Assembly (NCBI RefSeq): GCF_006345805.1
Contig: NC_043001.1
Location: 96,348,001-96,412,000 of the forward strand
Length of the DNA stretch: 64,000 nucleotides
Direction of reading: 5' to 3'
DNA from: Octopus sinensis
Lineage: Eukaryota
Under the pieces are notes generated by a model. That model did not search any database and had not been told where the DNA came from. It saw only the letters and a list, made by a program, of their open reading frames with translations. The position numbers and the translations under genes are program-made. This document shows, piece after piece, positions 39,566-53,520 of this stretch; position 1 is the stretch's first letter, and each line of letters begins with the position of its first letter.

Positions 39566-40972
39566 TAGTGGTGGCGTACTCTGATGGGTTATTTCAAGAT
39601 AACTAAAACCCAAGGTTGATATTCACATCTCATCGCTTGATCGGGACATCAGGCGTGGACAAGTTGCGCTGGTCTAGGCAAGTCACTCTGGACGACGACG
39701 ATGATGACGATGATGATGATGAAAGTATAAATAGTACTCACTTGATTGGTTTCTTGCTTGAGCAATTTCCTTTGAATTTTCAAATATTTATGTCGACACC
39801 TTCACACGTTGAAATGAAGCATTTAATAACCAATAATGTCTCTAACGTAGCCAATTTATCGTCAGCTGCGGAGAAAGCGAAAAACAACGACACAATAACA
39901 ACGACAACAACAACAGTAGCTTAAAAATCCACTGTGTTGAAGCATTGAACAAATTAGAATTGTCGCTTAGCTATGGAAGCATGTGGGCCGCGCGGATGAA
40001 GTATTGTTTTACCTATAAATAGATACTCGCATGTTTTCAAATCTCCTACAGGTGTCATGTTTTAATTATTGCTCATTCCTTCGTTCTTATTCTTATATTA
40101 CGCCTTAACCTTGAACATTCAGATTACCCTGTCAAACGAAATGCTTATTTATTCACATTGTTTTAAATTAATCACGCTTTATCTCGTAGCTTCGAAATTG
40201 GATGATGTGAATTGCGATTATGTAATTTCAACATGATAGTGTAGGGTAGGGGTGAGAGGTCGGATCTGATCAGTTTGAATATAAAACAGTTTTAATGCCA
40301 AGGGATCAAAACACTGGATTAGCAGATCCGTCAGAGCATAGTTAAAATGTCTTGTGGCCTTGTTTCTGGCTGTAGATTCTGTGTTCAAATTCCACCGAAG
40401 TCAGCCTTTCCTTTCATCTCTGGGGGCTCGGTAAAATAAAGTACCAGTCAAATACTAAAATCAATTTAATCAGCTAATTATTCCATTTAAAATTGATGGC
40501 TTTGTGTCTAAGATATAATTATTAGTTTTTTTCTTCTTCCAAGTTTGATTCACTTCTTGCTGAGTGCCTTCCCGAGACCTAAGGCAATAAACTCACTGTA
40601 TAGATTGATGACCATTAAAATAAACAAATCAGAGTGTTCATTTTCAAAATGAAATGAAGTTATAAGAAAAAATATCATTTACATGGGTGGTGATCATTCT
40701 CATTAAAAAGTATCAACGTGAATCAAAGCTGTGTGTATTTTTTTATTGTGTCATAGTTCGACCCAAAAGGATATCTCCTTCTCATTACTGAAAGTTAAGC
40801 GAAACATTTGTTCAATATAAAGTTCTATTTCTTGGAGCTGCGAGCTGTACTCCATTCAAGTTGCCTATTTACAGAAAGATGAACCACATCGGTGAAAGTT
40901 GACTCTCTTGACCTGAGATAAATCCCGACGACAGAAATAATGGGATATCTGTCTCAGACAGATATCCCATTA

Positions 40973-41424
40973 TCTTTTACTTGTTTCAGTCATTTGACTG
41001 TGGCCATGCTGGAGCACCGCCTTTAGTCGAACAAATCGACCCCAGGACTTATTCTTTGTAAGCCTAGTACTTATTCTATCGGTCTATTTTGCCGAACCGC
41101 TAAGTTACGGGGATGTAAACACACCAGCATCTGTTGTCAAGTGATGTTGGGGGTACAAACACAGACATACAACATATATACGCACACATACATACTAACA
41201 TATATAATATATATATATATATATATTTACGTATAAACGTAAAATATATATTATATATATATATATATATATTTACGTATAAACGACAGACTTCTTTCAG
41301 TTTCCGTCTACCAAATCCACTCACAAGGCTTTGGTCAGTCCGAGGCTATAGTAGAAGACACTTGCCCAAGGTGTCACGCAGTGGGACTGAACCCGGAACT
41401 ATGTGCCTCATAAGCAACCTACTT
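40973..41424 (-). mobile_element. SINE family A, head missing
   Basis: Homology to A consensus. Confidence 0.88.
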
Positions 41425-41739
41425 TATTTCAAAACATTTGCCATAAAGGCAGTACACAGATTAAGTTAGCTTTGCGGGCTGGACGAGGACATTAATGAAG
41501 TGAATGATAATGAAAGAAAGATGATAAGGATGGGAGAAGACAAAAAGCGCCCGCCGACTTTCGCTTCTCTAAAACATTGTTCTTTTTAAAGATAAACACA
41601 AAACGAGGTATTAAACCTCTTACAATTTTTCAAATTGTTGGACTTAGCAGTCCATTATTACAAAACGAGGTATTAAACCTCTTACAATTTTTCAATTTTT
41701 GGACTTAGCAGTCCATTACTAATAATAACAGTTCAATAA

Positions 41740-42968
41740 TTACATATCGTCCTCGAAATAGCTTGTGCCCGCGCCCTCCACCATCAACCACGCCTCCCTC
41801 AGAACGTAATCAAGTTCCGAGTTTGCGTCCCGGGACCAAGTTATAATCTTCATTGAGCTCCTTTAGCCCAAGCGTCACGTCGAACGCCACGGCCTCCACA
41901 GCTACCTGCGGAGGCCATTCGGGGTCCTGTGTGAAGGCTAAAGGTGCTCCCTTGTGGTGCTCTTCCATCACCTTTTCAATTTCGCCTCCTCTATAGAAGA
42001 GGACCAATACGTTCAGTTCTTTCGTTGGCGGCACAGTTCCCGCCAACGGTTTCCTTCTCTTGTCGGTGGCACAACCCCAACCGACGTAGTTCCGGGACAT
42101 CCGGTGCTATGTCACTGACAGCGGCAATGTCCCGTTTTTCTTCCTCTCTTTTTTTTTTTTTTCCCTTTTCAACTGAGGGAGGGTGCGTCTCCTCCGTGGC
42201 CGGAAGATTCGCCTTCCTCTCCTCATCCCTATTATCCTTTGGTGAGCACCCATTGTTGCTCACCTTCCTCTTTCGGCCTCTGTTTGAGGAGTCCTCTGCT
42301 TTCTCGGCCGCTATCATTCCCTCTTCTAGAGGGGTTTTACTTAACTGTTCCGGGATCCTATTTTGTTCCCGGGGACAGTTCTTCTTTATGTGGCCGGACT
42401 CCAAGCACCGATGACACTTAGGGGAGCGACCCTCAAGCATCACCGGGTACCTGCACCCGGCCATTTTCAAAAAATCTGGAAGAACCAGATTGGCTCCACA
42501 GGGTCAAAATTGCTTTTGACCCAACCCAAGCAGCCGCAGGAAGAACTTTTACATTAAGGAGCTTAGTTTCGCTGCCACCCAGAACCCGGCGGATAGTCTC
42601 CTCTATCCACTCGAGTTCTATGTCGGGTGGCAGCCCGCAGATCCAAGCTTTCATCAATTTCTTTTTTTGTACGTGGGCAGGAATAAGATTTCCTTACCCT
42701 CCAGGGGTTTGCTAGCAAATTTGCAAGCCTCTTCAGGGGTGTCAAATAGCAACCACACCGTTGCATATTTGACACCCCTGGAAATGAATTTAATTGTTGG
42801 CAAATACTCTTCCAACTCCTTTTCAATTGCCGTCTTTTCGAATAGGGCGATGGTGTCGAGTGCCTTGGAGTAGGTTCTCAACACCACCGTCCTATCTTCA
42901 CGGTCTTTTAACCACTTTTTAGGTGGTATGATTTTCCACTCCAAAATTTTGTTATTTTTCATTGCCAT
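41740..42968 (-). pseudogene. LINE ORF1 (gag-like, zinc knuckle), broken into ORFs 42654-43007, 42433-42657, 41991-42470 and beyond
   Basis: C-X2-C-X4-H-X4-C motif followed by a basic/acidic tail. Confidence 0.75.
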
Positions 42969-43660
42969 GTTTTTTTTAAATATATTCAAATTAAACTCAA
43001 AAAGCAAGAAGAAAAAAGTTCAAAAGTCCAAATAAAATTTGATAGATTTTTGAAAAAACAAAAAGGACAAAGCACACAGAAGGAAGAAGAAATCAACGGA
43101 AAGTCGCAATAAAGAAAAAAACAAAAGGGGGGGGGGTTAAATGAAGTTCAAAAGAAAGTTAATAAACAGAAAAAACACAGCAAAAATATTCTGGCCTTGC
43201 GGTACTCCCGGCCTGGGTTGAACCTGGAACGCCGCAACTGCAACACAACCTCCACAAAAATGGGTCCGAAAGGTAATCCAATAGTGGCTTATTTTTATAA
43301 TTTTCTTGCGAAGTACTCTGACAAGGGAATAAATTCAACAAACCCAAACACAGCACTGGCTACCGCCAACGGTAATTTTAACAGTAACTGTATTGAATTC
43401 CGAGGATACGCCCCTCCACTGTTTTTTCTTTTTTTTTCAATGAACACAAAAACGGCAGCCGCCGAGAGCAGGCGAAATTGTCTCAGAGTTGGACACAACT
43501 TACTGAAATAATAATTGGCACGCAATAAATTATGCCCAACTCACAATAAACAAAATCACTTACCTCGACAAATTCCGTTTTTGGTCTTTTTTCTTTAATT
43601 GGACGGAGCTGGTTGACTCACGTCCACTCTGGCTGAACAGGAAGCAACTGACTAACTGCG
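41740..43660 (-). mobile_element. Non-LTR retrotransposon 5' half (5'UTR + ORF1), Tx1/L1-like
   Basis: Frameshifted ORF1 from about 42968 to 41740 with an RRM-like segment and CCHC knuckle RSPKCHRCLESGHIKKNC; GC-richer than the flanks; no ORF2 body. Confidence 0.75.
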
Positions 43661-43666
43661 CATGTG

Positions 43667-43785
43667 TGTTAGCAAGCTACTTACCACACAGCCACTCCTA
43701 CGCCTATGGCTACATGCAACACAGCCACTACTACGCCTATGGCTACTTACCACACAGCCACTCCTATGCCTATAACTATTTACCA
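43667..43785 (-). repeat. Tandem reiteration (about 3x) of the SINE A 5' end
   Basis: gctacttaccacacagccactcctacgcctatg repeated with decay. Confidence 0.85.
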
Positions 43786-44444
43786 CATTCCCCAAATATA
43801 TAACTGTTACTCACACCGGAGGAAAAAGAAAAGCAATAACAGAAACAAGAAGGGAAATACTTGGAAGATAAAACATAGTTTACTCCAATTATTAAAAAAT
43901 TCAGACAATACGTTAGCAGATGATTGACATGTATGAGAAATGATAGATGCAGTGAATAAATATTTATGTTGAGTTCAGACATTTGTAAACAAACAAGGTC
44001 AAATGTATAAATCAAGCAAAAATCATGTTATTTTTACTTAGTCTGAATCAAGTCTGACCCAGCAGACATATTATTACAGATGTTCCAGCTGTAGCCATTC
44101 CGTCTTTTGTTTTTTTGGCATAGTGTATCTTGGACAACATAATACCTCTTGTCATTTCCTTTTTTACGCCGGTAGAGTGCAAGTTGAGAAATCTCGACGA
44201 TACTAAGAACAATGATGAGGATGATGTTGATGATAATGATGATGTTGATGATAATGGTGATGATGATGATGATAATGATGATGTTGATGGTAATGGTGAT
44301 GATGTTACTGAGAATGATTTAATGGTGATGATAATGATTACGATGTTTACAAACTTGATGTTACCTCAAATGTTCACACCTTGTAACAAAACCATTCTTA
44401 ATTCAAGAAGAGGAAATAAAGGCTAAAACGGAAAGAGAGAGAGG

Positions 44445-44501
<57 letters not shown>

Positions 44502-44844
44502 GATAAAGCACTGAAACAAGTGAAGAGTAGCAACAACAAGAACAAAATCCATCTTGGTGTTTATTTGCTGAGAAAATAAAAATAAAAACCCAAAAAGAAT
44601 CACCAGCGAATTGTAACAAACAAACCACCTTCTTCCAGAAGCAAATTAAAATAAAATAACAATAACATTTCCTTCCCATCCACCACAAAAAATAAAAGAC
44701 AAAAATCCTTAAATAAGTTAAAATGAAACCAAATAAAGCAGAAACTTAGCAAAGAAAATAGAACGATAATTTATAGGAAAAATATTTACACCTTAATTTC
44801 CTTTTTTTTACCTTATTTAAATCGAGATATTTTCCCACTAATCA

Positions 44845-44884
44845 ACACACGCAAGATATATATATATATATATATAATATATAT

Positions 44885-44928
<44 letters not shown>

Positions 44929-44995
44929 TGTATATATATGTATATATATATCTATATATATATATAATATATATATATATATATGTATATATATG

Positions 44996-45027
<32 letters not shown>

Positions 45028-45190
45028 ATATATATATATATATATGTATATGTATATAAATATATATATGTATATATATACATAATACATACAACACTAT
45101 ATTTAAGTATATGTATATATATATGTGTGTGTATATATGTATATATATACATGTACACACACACACACTCACACACATATATATATAGTA
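44845..45190. repeat. (TA)n-rich microsatellite field
   Basis: Direct reading. Confidence 0.95.
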
Positions 45191-45465
45191 TATGTACATT
45201 TAAATTTACGAATGAAAGAAAAGAGCACTTAGTGATGGTATCAAGTTTATATTTATCATGAATTAATTGATTATTCACGCCATTGTTAGCCGGAGTTTCA
45301 CGCACGTAAGTTACAATCACTATTATTAAATGTTTGTTGTTGGGTCCTCGACGCACCTGCGAGGCTATTTTCATTGGGCAAGACTGCTAAAAATAAGGGT
45401 AACAAAAAAAGTTATACTAAAATTCGAGTAAACAAAATTTCCCAATATAAGGTACATTAGCTTAT

Positions 45466-45692
45466 GGCGAGCTGGCAGAAACGTTAGCACGCCGGACGAA
45501 ATGCTTAGCGGTATTTCGTCTGCCGCTACGTTCTGAGTTCAAATTCCACCGAGGTCGACTTTGCCTTTCATCCTTTCGGGGTCGATAAATTAAGTACCAG
45601 TTACGCACTGGGGTCGATATAATCGACTTAATCCGTGTGTCTGTCCTTGTTTGTCCTTTCTGTGTTTAGCCCCTTGTGGGTAGTAAAGAAAT
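45466..45692 (+). mobile_element. SINE family B with 15-bp TSD
   Basis: aggtacattagctta at 45450-45464 and 45693-45707. Confidence 0.92.
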
Positions 45693-46636
45693 AGGTACAT
45701 TAGCTTAGGACCAGTCAAAGGAACCTTACAAGACCCCAGTCACCCTAACTTTCCTCTTGAAGGCATTGCTTCTGCTATTGCTCACAACAGTTAATAGATC
45801 CGGCCATTGCAGAGGAGATGATGGTTGTGGAATTGTAGGTTGTTAAAAAGGCTGCTTTTGAGCTGACGGTTATCTGTTTTTGTAGTGTAAGTCGTGGCGG
45901 TGGTGTTGCCATAACAACTGCTTGAATTTGAGTTGACCTTGAATTGTGGTTATTATCGCGTGGTAGTTGCGAGGTTAGTGTTTTCTTGATATTGTCTTCT
46001 TGTGCCACTTGACCTTTCCTATTGGAATTCTTTGCAGTCGATTTTGCTGTTTTTGTTGTCGCCGTCGTCGTCATCATTGTTACGTGTATTTGTGTTCACA
46101 GAGGTGATAGGAAGAGGAGAGCATGTAACATTTTGTTCATAGCAACTCTTTCAAGACAACCATTGTCACTCTTCCCTTCCCTAAACACAATACTTTTTAA
46201 AAATATTTAATTTTCTTTTCAAAAATAAAATATTCCCCAAAGGCTAATATATGCGGAAACCGTCCAACTCTCCAGAAACCTGGTCGGCTAAATAACAAAA
46301 AAGAAAACAAAAAAAAAGCAAAAACGCAAAAAAGAAAAGAAGAGAGAACTATCAAGAAAGCGGGCCTTTTAAGTATACAAATGAAAACAATAAACTTAGG
46401 AGCAGATTTCAAAGACTGTTGCTTGGATGACAATAGCGGTAATAAAGTTTTACAATAAATTCTATGAAAAGGATTTTTAAAACTCTTTTTTTTTTTAAAG
46501 CAAACATCGATATTTCAATTTTATGGCACCTCTCTTGCCTCTATCAGGAAATGCAAATCCCTGTCCTTTGATGTTTCTGGTTGAGACTTGGGTGCAGCTC
46601 GTACAAATTGTAACAAAGAAAAGACATGATGATGAA

Positions 46637-46683
<47 letters not shown>

Positions 46684-47487
46684 GGATCTTTTCGTAATGT
46701 TATATCTGTTGCTACGACACGGTCTTGTTCGAAGGAATTAGCTCTATTTATCATTTAAAGCTATTGTGAGAGAAATAAGGAACGAAGGAATTATAAATTA
46801 CACAGAAATATAATTCTGGAAGATTTTGGTACGATTTATTCAAAAATCTGAATTAGACGTCGAATAATCTACTTTCCCTAACAAGAGGTGGAAATACATT
46901 TCTGATGCCTAAGGTCCAAAGATCACTTAAATATCTGAAACACACACACACATGCATTGTGCACGTTCACTCTGTTTTCCTGCTTTCAACTTTCCCAACA
47001 TACAACTGCCGGCGAAGTGACATCAACATGCTTTCTGCTCGATAATTAGTGAAATTGTTAATAATTCATCACTGATGCTGTCATTATCTGTAGTTTCATT
47101 TCGTAACTTAACAGATTGTCTAAGTGTGCTTAACGTGTGTACCACAACTAATAGCTTATTTTTCCATAGGAATTTTATTAAAGAAAACTTGCAACGTTGA
47201 GAGTAATAGGAATGTAGTCGCAACCCACGCTAGAGAAATAAAATTTTGGTCGCCTGATTTGACGACTTGCATAATCCTTCTAAGATCTTTCAGAAATGTA
47301 TAACAATGTATTTATCCCTTCTTCGCTCTCTGTTTCTCTTGCAGTATTTGGAAATAGTGAACAGAGCTAGTTTTTTGCGAGTCTTATTTGTCTTATTTCC
47401 ATTTCAGTAGTAGACATAACACTATCAGCGGATGATGATGATGATGATGATGATGATAATAATAATAATAATAATAATAATAATCTA

Positions 47488-47556
<69 letters not shown>

Positions 47557-47643
47557 CACAACACACACACACACACACACATACACACGCACACACATAT
47601 GTATATGTTTATGTATACGCATATATATATATATATATATATA

Positions 47644-47677
<34 letters not shown>

Positions 47678-47680
<3 letters not shown>

Positions 47681-47912
47681 GAGGTGCGTGGCCTAGTGGT
47701 TAGGGTGTTCTGCATCATGATCGTAAGATGTGGTTTCGAATCCTGGACCGGGTGCGTCGTGTTCTTGAGCAAAACACTTCATTTCACATTGCTCCAGTCC
47801 ACTCAGCTGGCAAAAATGAGTAGCGCTGCAATGGACTGCCGTCCCGTCCAGCTGGGGAACACATACGCCATAAAAACCTGGCCCATGAGCCTGGGTAGGC
47901 TTTAAAAAGGCG
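47678..47912 (+). mobile_element. SINE family D
   Basis: gtggaggtgcgtggcctagtggttaggg...gtttcgaatcctgg...cagctggcaaaaatgagt...ggctttaaaaaggcg. Confidence 0.85.
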
Positions 47913-48240
47913 CATTTACTCTATATATATATACTGTATAATATATATGTGCTTTGTGTGTGTGTGCGTATATATATATGTTTCTGTATATATATGTATA
48001 TGCATACATATATATGTATGCGTGAGTGGTTGTCTGGTGGTGGTGGTGGTAGTGTGTGTGTGTGTGTGTGTGTAAGGGGAAAACAAAATACCGGCCTTTC
48101 TTTACATGCACAAAACGACAGAGGACAATATATGAAGTCAAAGAGAATGTGTGTACAAAATGTCTGCCTTCGTCCGTCCGACTGTTGTACGCTCGTTTGG
48201 CAGCCTGTCTTGCTGTTGTGTCTGTCCCTCTATTTGTGTG

Positions 48241-48313
<73 letters not shown>

Positions 48314-48460
48314 ACCCATGCTTGTATATGCAAGTAAGTATATATATATAAATATGTGTGTACACGCATCTATGTACGTTTATATAAAGACACATACTTA
48401 TCATGTCATATATATTTCATGTATATATAATGCTTATATAGCTGTAAAATTGTATTTGTT

Positions 48461-48502
<42 letters not shown>

Positions 48503-49040
48503 TATATATATATATATTATATATATATATATGTATATATATATACATATATATATAAATACCTAAGTATTTATATATACTTATATGTTCACTTCCACCC
48601 TAACCATACTCTCTCTCTCTCTCTCTCTCTCTCACATACACATATATATATATGTGCGCGTGTGTGTGCGTGCGTATATATATATATATATGTATTCTAT
48701 GTAGTTTTCTCTGAATGTATTAAGCATATATTTTCCTGTAACCACATCATTATGTCTATGCCTGTCTTCCTATACACACACACGTATATAAGGAGCTATG
48801 TACATATATATGCATATATATATCTACATACACACATGTATGCATATATATATATATGCATACATACATGTATATATATATATATATTTAAATGCGTATG
48901 CATGCATACATGTATATGCATATGTGTGTGTGTATATATACATGTATATATATGTATCTATATATATGTATATATATATATACTTATATATTTCCATATA
49001 TATATACTCTTAGGAACATACTTATCTATGCAAGTGTATA

Positions 49041-49088
<48 letters not shown>

Positions 49089-49917
49089 TGAATGCCTGGT
49101 GTGCTAATAGCGAATGACAATAGATGTTTTACGTGGATGAATTAATTCATGAATGTCTTTTCTTGTGAATAATAAAACCCTGAAAAACATCTTATAAAAC
49201 GTTACAGGAAAAACATATTAACAATTCAAATCAGTCATACAACACTATTGTGTTAAGTGAAGAATATTTAAGCGGAAGTAAGCGTAAAACGTTCATGTGC
49301 AACATCCGTAAGGTGTGTACTGCTTCATAGAACGGACGGTGACATACACTCAACTCTTACAAGTTTACACCTTAGTCGTATGAGAGAGAAAAATAATAGA
49401 ATAGAAATACCAGTAGCAGGAATAACAGTAGCAGCAGCAGCAACAATAATAACAACAATAGCAACAAGAAGAATGACAACATTATCAGTCATGTCGACGA
49501 CAACGATGACCATGGCGACGGTGATTATGAACATGGGGATACGATGTTAGTGAGGATGCGATGATGAGAATAATAAATTTTGGATAAATACAGACGGAAC
49601 AAAAAGTGAAGACATCAAATGCTACACAAAACAGAAAAAAGAAAACTGAAAAAAAGAAGAGCAAAGAACGACAAAACTATTGATGTGGACATATAATGAA
49701 ATGGTGATCTAAGAAGACATAAGAATCTTTAGAGTTTTGTGTGGAAATATAATAAAGGAAAGTTAATTTACAAACAGTCATTCTTATTATGAACCGAAAA
49801 AAATTAACGCCAACCAGAAAAGAAACAAACCCAGAAATGAATAGACTAGGCACGTGTACAGTTGCGTATATATATTGCAATACACACAAACGGAAATATA
49901 AGTATTGATGTTGACGG

Positions 49918-49999
<82 letters not shown>

Positions 50000-50035
50000 G
50001 TCAACGTCACTATATATATATAGTTTTTATATATA

Positions 50036-50464
50036 GGCGCAGGAGTGGCTGTGTGGTAAGTAGCTTGTTTACCAACCACATGGTTCCGGGTTCAGTTCTA
50101 CTGCGTGGCACCTTGGGTAAGTGTCTTCTACTATAGCCTCGGGCCGACCAAAGCCTTGTGAGTGGATTTGGTAGACGGAAACTGAAAGAAGCCCGACGTA
50201 TATATGTATATATATATATATGTGTGTGTGTATGTGTGTGTGTGTGTGTGTTTGTGTGTCTGTGTTTGTCCCCCTAGCATTGCTTGACAACCGATGCTGG
50301 TGTGTTTATGTTACTTAGCGGTTCGGCAAAAGCGACCGATAGAATAAGTACTGGGCTTACAAAAGAATAAGTCCCGGGGTCGAGTTGCTCGATTGAAGGC
50401 GGTGCTCCAGCATGGCCGCAGTCAAATGACTGAAACAAGTAAAAGAGTAAAAGAGTAAAGAGTA
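50036..50464 (+). mobile_element. SINE family A
   Basis: Full head and tail. Confidence 0.92.
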
Positions 50465-50480
50465 TATATGTATATATATA

Positions 50481-50554
<74 letters not shown>

Positions 50555-50746
50555 TATATATGTTTTAAGTAGTTGAATGAGTTATCCTAGTATGGATAAT
50601 TCGTTAACCGATACCCGGGTAGCAAATTTACGTCAGAAAGCACGGCTGAAGCTACATGCCAAGGGCAGAAATCACGTGCTTTCGTGTGGAAATTTGTGTG
50701 TTTTTTTATAGATAAATGAAAGAATGGAGTCGAACGACGATTTAAC

Positions 50747-50852
50747 AAAATTCCTTTATTCTCGACATATGTTTCGAAGACTGCATATTCTTAATTCCGA
50801 AGGAATAAAGGGTGCATTATGCCGTCTTCTCACCAGGAAAGACTAGGAACTT
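50747..50852 (-). ncRNA. Hammerhead motif in the inverted pLTR (core CUGGUGA)
   Basis: tttc-CTGGTGA-GAAGAC...GTCTTC-GAAA-CATATG-TC-gaga. Confidence 0.75.
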
Positions 50853-50906
50853 ATGTCAGCATCATGACGAACAAAAACTTTTAGATGACTACCTATTTTA
50901 ATCAAT

Positions 50907-52036
50907 AATTTAAAACTCAGCTTGTGGTCTAACTCCACTCAGGTCGTAGAGTGGTTTACTTCTATTACTTATAAGGACAACACAAAATTTATACAATTCG
51001 ATATATCTAGTTTCTACCCTTCGATAAACCCTAGTGTACTCAATAAGGCCCTATGGCACGCACATAATAAGGCAGGCCTCTCCAGGGAGGAAATTAACGT
51101 GATATTCGCAGCTAGAAAATCTTTCATACAGTTCGATAATAAGTTGTGGGTCCACAGAGATACCCCCAACGCGTTCGTTGTGCTAATGGGAAGTACAGAC
51201 AGCGCCCAGATAGCCGATTTGGTCGGAATCTATATTCTCTATGAATTGGCCGACCAATTCCCGGACATCTGTGGCGGTCTATATCGAGACGATTGTCTAC
51301 TTTACTTCCAGAATGCTCCGAACAGAAGATAAGAAGATACAGAAGATTAAGAACAGATTAGCTAGATTTTTTTAGCAGAATGGGCTTGAGCATAGTTTTT
51401 GATGACGAATTAACTAAAGCCAACTCCTTAGATGTTACCCTAAATCTGCAGAATAATTCATACTTCCCTTATCATAAACCTTCTACTAATCTTAAATATA
51501 TCAGCATTTTCAGTAACCATGCCAAAAATATTACCGATAATTTAGTTAAAAATATTTCCTTAAGACTGTCAAAATTATCTGCTAATGTCGACATCTTTAA
51601 CCAGAAAGCGGAATTTTATAACGCCGCCTCGTCAAAAGCCGGTTATAGAGATAAAGTATCATATAACGACCCGGCCCATTCTAAACCTATATATACTTCT
51701 CAGGATAAGAAAACTAATAACAATAGAAATAGTGAGAATAATGATTTCAGCTCTAACAACGTCGGCACCACTATACTTAAGAAAAATAATTTACGGTCCA
51801 GGGGAGGCAATCGGCAACCAACCCCAATTTTCCAGCACAGAAATATTCCCTTTAATGTAACTGGTAACACTTTGAACAATTCTAAGTCCACTAAAAACTA
51901 TATCTGGTTTGTCATACCTTTCGGAAAACAAATCAAGTCAAAGCTTCCTTTGCAGTTCCGTGAAGCCGTAGCTAGGAACTTTCCCAGGAATTCTAGGTAT
52001 TACTCTACTCAATTCTCACTATCATTCGCAAAGTAA
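50907..52036 (+). pseudogene. PLE reverse transcriptase (frameshifted)
   Basis: FIQFDISSFYPSI, MGSTDSAQIADLVGIY, LYRDDCL, LDVTLNL, SNHAKNI, IWFVIPFG; broken at about 51330-51380 and about 52010. Confidence 0.9.
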
Positions 52037-52058
52037 GGATTGCATTCTCCAACACTAG

Positions 52059-52841
52059 AATCTATCGCAAATTATTGCCTCCCATAATAACAAGCTGCTA
52101 AACAAGGATTCTTCACCCGGGAGTTACAACACTATTCTTACCAATTCCAACCAAACATACAATAATAATAATAGAAATAGTATTGATAATAGCAACATTC
52201 ATAACAGTCGGATTATTAACAGTGGTAGTGTTAGTGGTAACAACGACAGCATTTCTAATAACAGTGGTAGTATTGATGATAACAACGGCAGCATTTCTAT
52301 AGTCAGGGATATTACAGGCGATAGTACAATTAATAATAATAATAACAATAATAGAAATAGTATAGTGGTCAGTGCTAGCAGTTATATTAACAGCAATCAT
52401 AATAAAAAATCCGTCTTAGTCTCGGAGGTAAACCCTAAGAGATTAAAGTTCTTGTCCAGTAATTCCAAAATTAGAAATTCCATTTACCAGTGTAGGGTTT
52501 CTTCCGGTACCGGTGTCTTCTTCTATGTTGGGGCGACTACTTCTAAATTATCCCGGAGGATTTCCAATCATTATTCAACTTTCCGAGATAAGAGGAAACA
52601 ACAAAGTACAGGACTAAGTAAATTAGTGTGGTGTCTTAAGGACAGCAATATAACTTTCAAGCTGGAGTGGTCCATATTGTCTGTATCTTTTCCTTTTGAT
52701 AAGGGCAGAAAATATTGTGCCGTCTGTAATTCCGAGCTTTTCTATATACTATTCGCCAAATTCCCTTTAGTAAACACAATGGTAGAAAAATCCTATAGGT
52801 GCATGCACTGGCAGAAACACACCTTCCACTCATATGAATGA
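52059..52841 (+). pseudogene. PLE Asn/Ser-rich linker + GIY-YIG endonuclease
   Basis: SIYQCRV...FYVGATTSKLSRRISNHYSTF...STGLSKLVWCLK...WSIL...YCAVCNSELFYI. Confidence 0.88.
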
Positions 52842-53416
52842 TGATTAATATAGATAACCTCCTTGAATTTAAAAATTTGGTTCCACATCTACAACAACAT
52901 CATAGGCAAATTTTTTTATACTCCGTTACTTGAAGGCCTACTACCAAATTCATTGGGGTATGTTCTACCTTTGTCTATCTACCTCTCCCCTCTCACTCTC
53001 TCCCCTCTCTCTCTCTCTCTCTCTATCATAAGCACAATCAAACACACAGACACAAACCTGTCACTTCACCACTAGATATATTTGGCATTTATCCCTCTAC
53101 ACAAACAATCACGCACACATATACACACACATAGACACGAATGCAGTTATATACACACACATAGGCACTCAATCTCATTGGAAAAAGCAAGCAACAACGC
53201 ATCACCATACATACGACTTGCACTCTGTCACACCCCTATTCTTAGAACCTGCCCCTTCCAACCATTTTTGAACTCTTGAACTTTTTAGAATCTTATCCAT
53301 CCAACCATTTTTGACGTCACTGCTTATAACGGAATATTTTAAAGAAACACTCATGAGCACGATGGACTCCGTGTGGGCAGTCATCTAAAAGTTTTTGTTC
53401 GTCATGATGCTGACAT

Positions 53417-53520
53417 AAGTTCCTTGTCTTTCCTGATAGAAGACGGCATAATGCACCCTTTATTCCTTCGGAATTAAGAATATGCAGTCTTCGAAACATA
53501 TGTCGAGAATAAGGAATTTT
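53417..53520 (+). ncRNA. Hammerhead motif in the 3' pLTR (core lacks one G)
   Basis: tttc-CTGATA-GAAGAC...GTCTTC-GAAA(53493)-CATATG-TC(53504)-gagaataaggaa. Confidence 0.75.

Noticed and set aside
45775-46077. 100-aa Thr/Ser/Asn-rich minus-strand ORF
   Set aside because: Low-complexity (gtt/tgt-rich) composition explains the lack of stops; no motif or splice support
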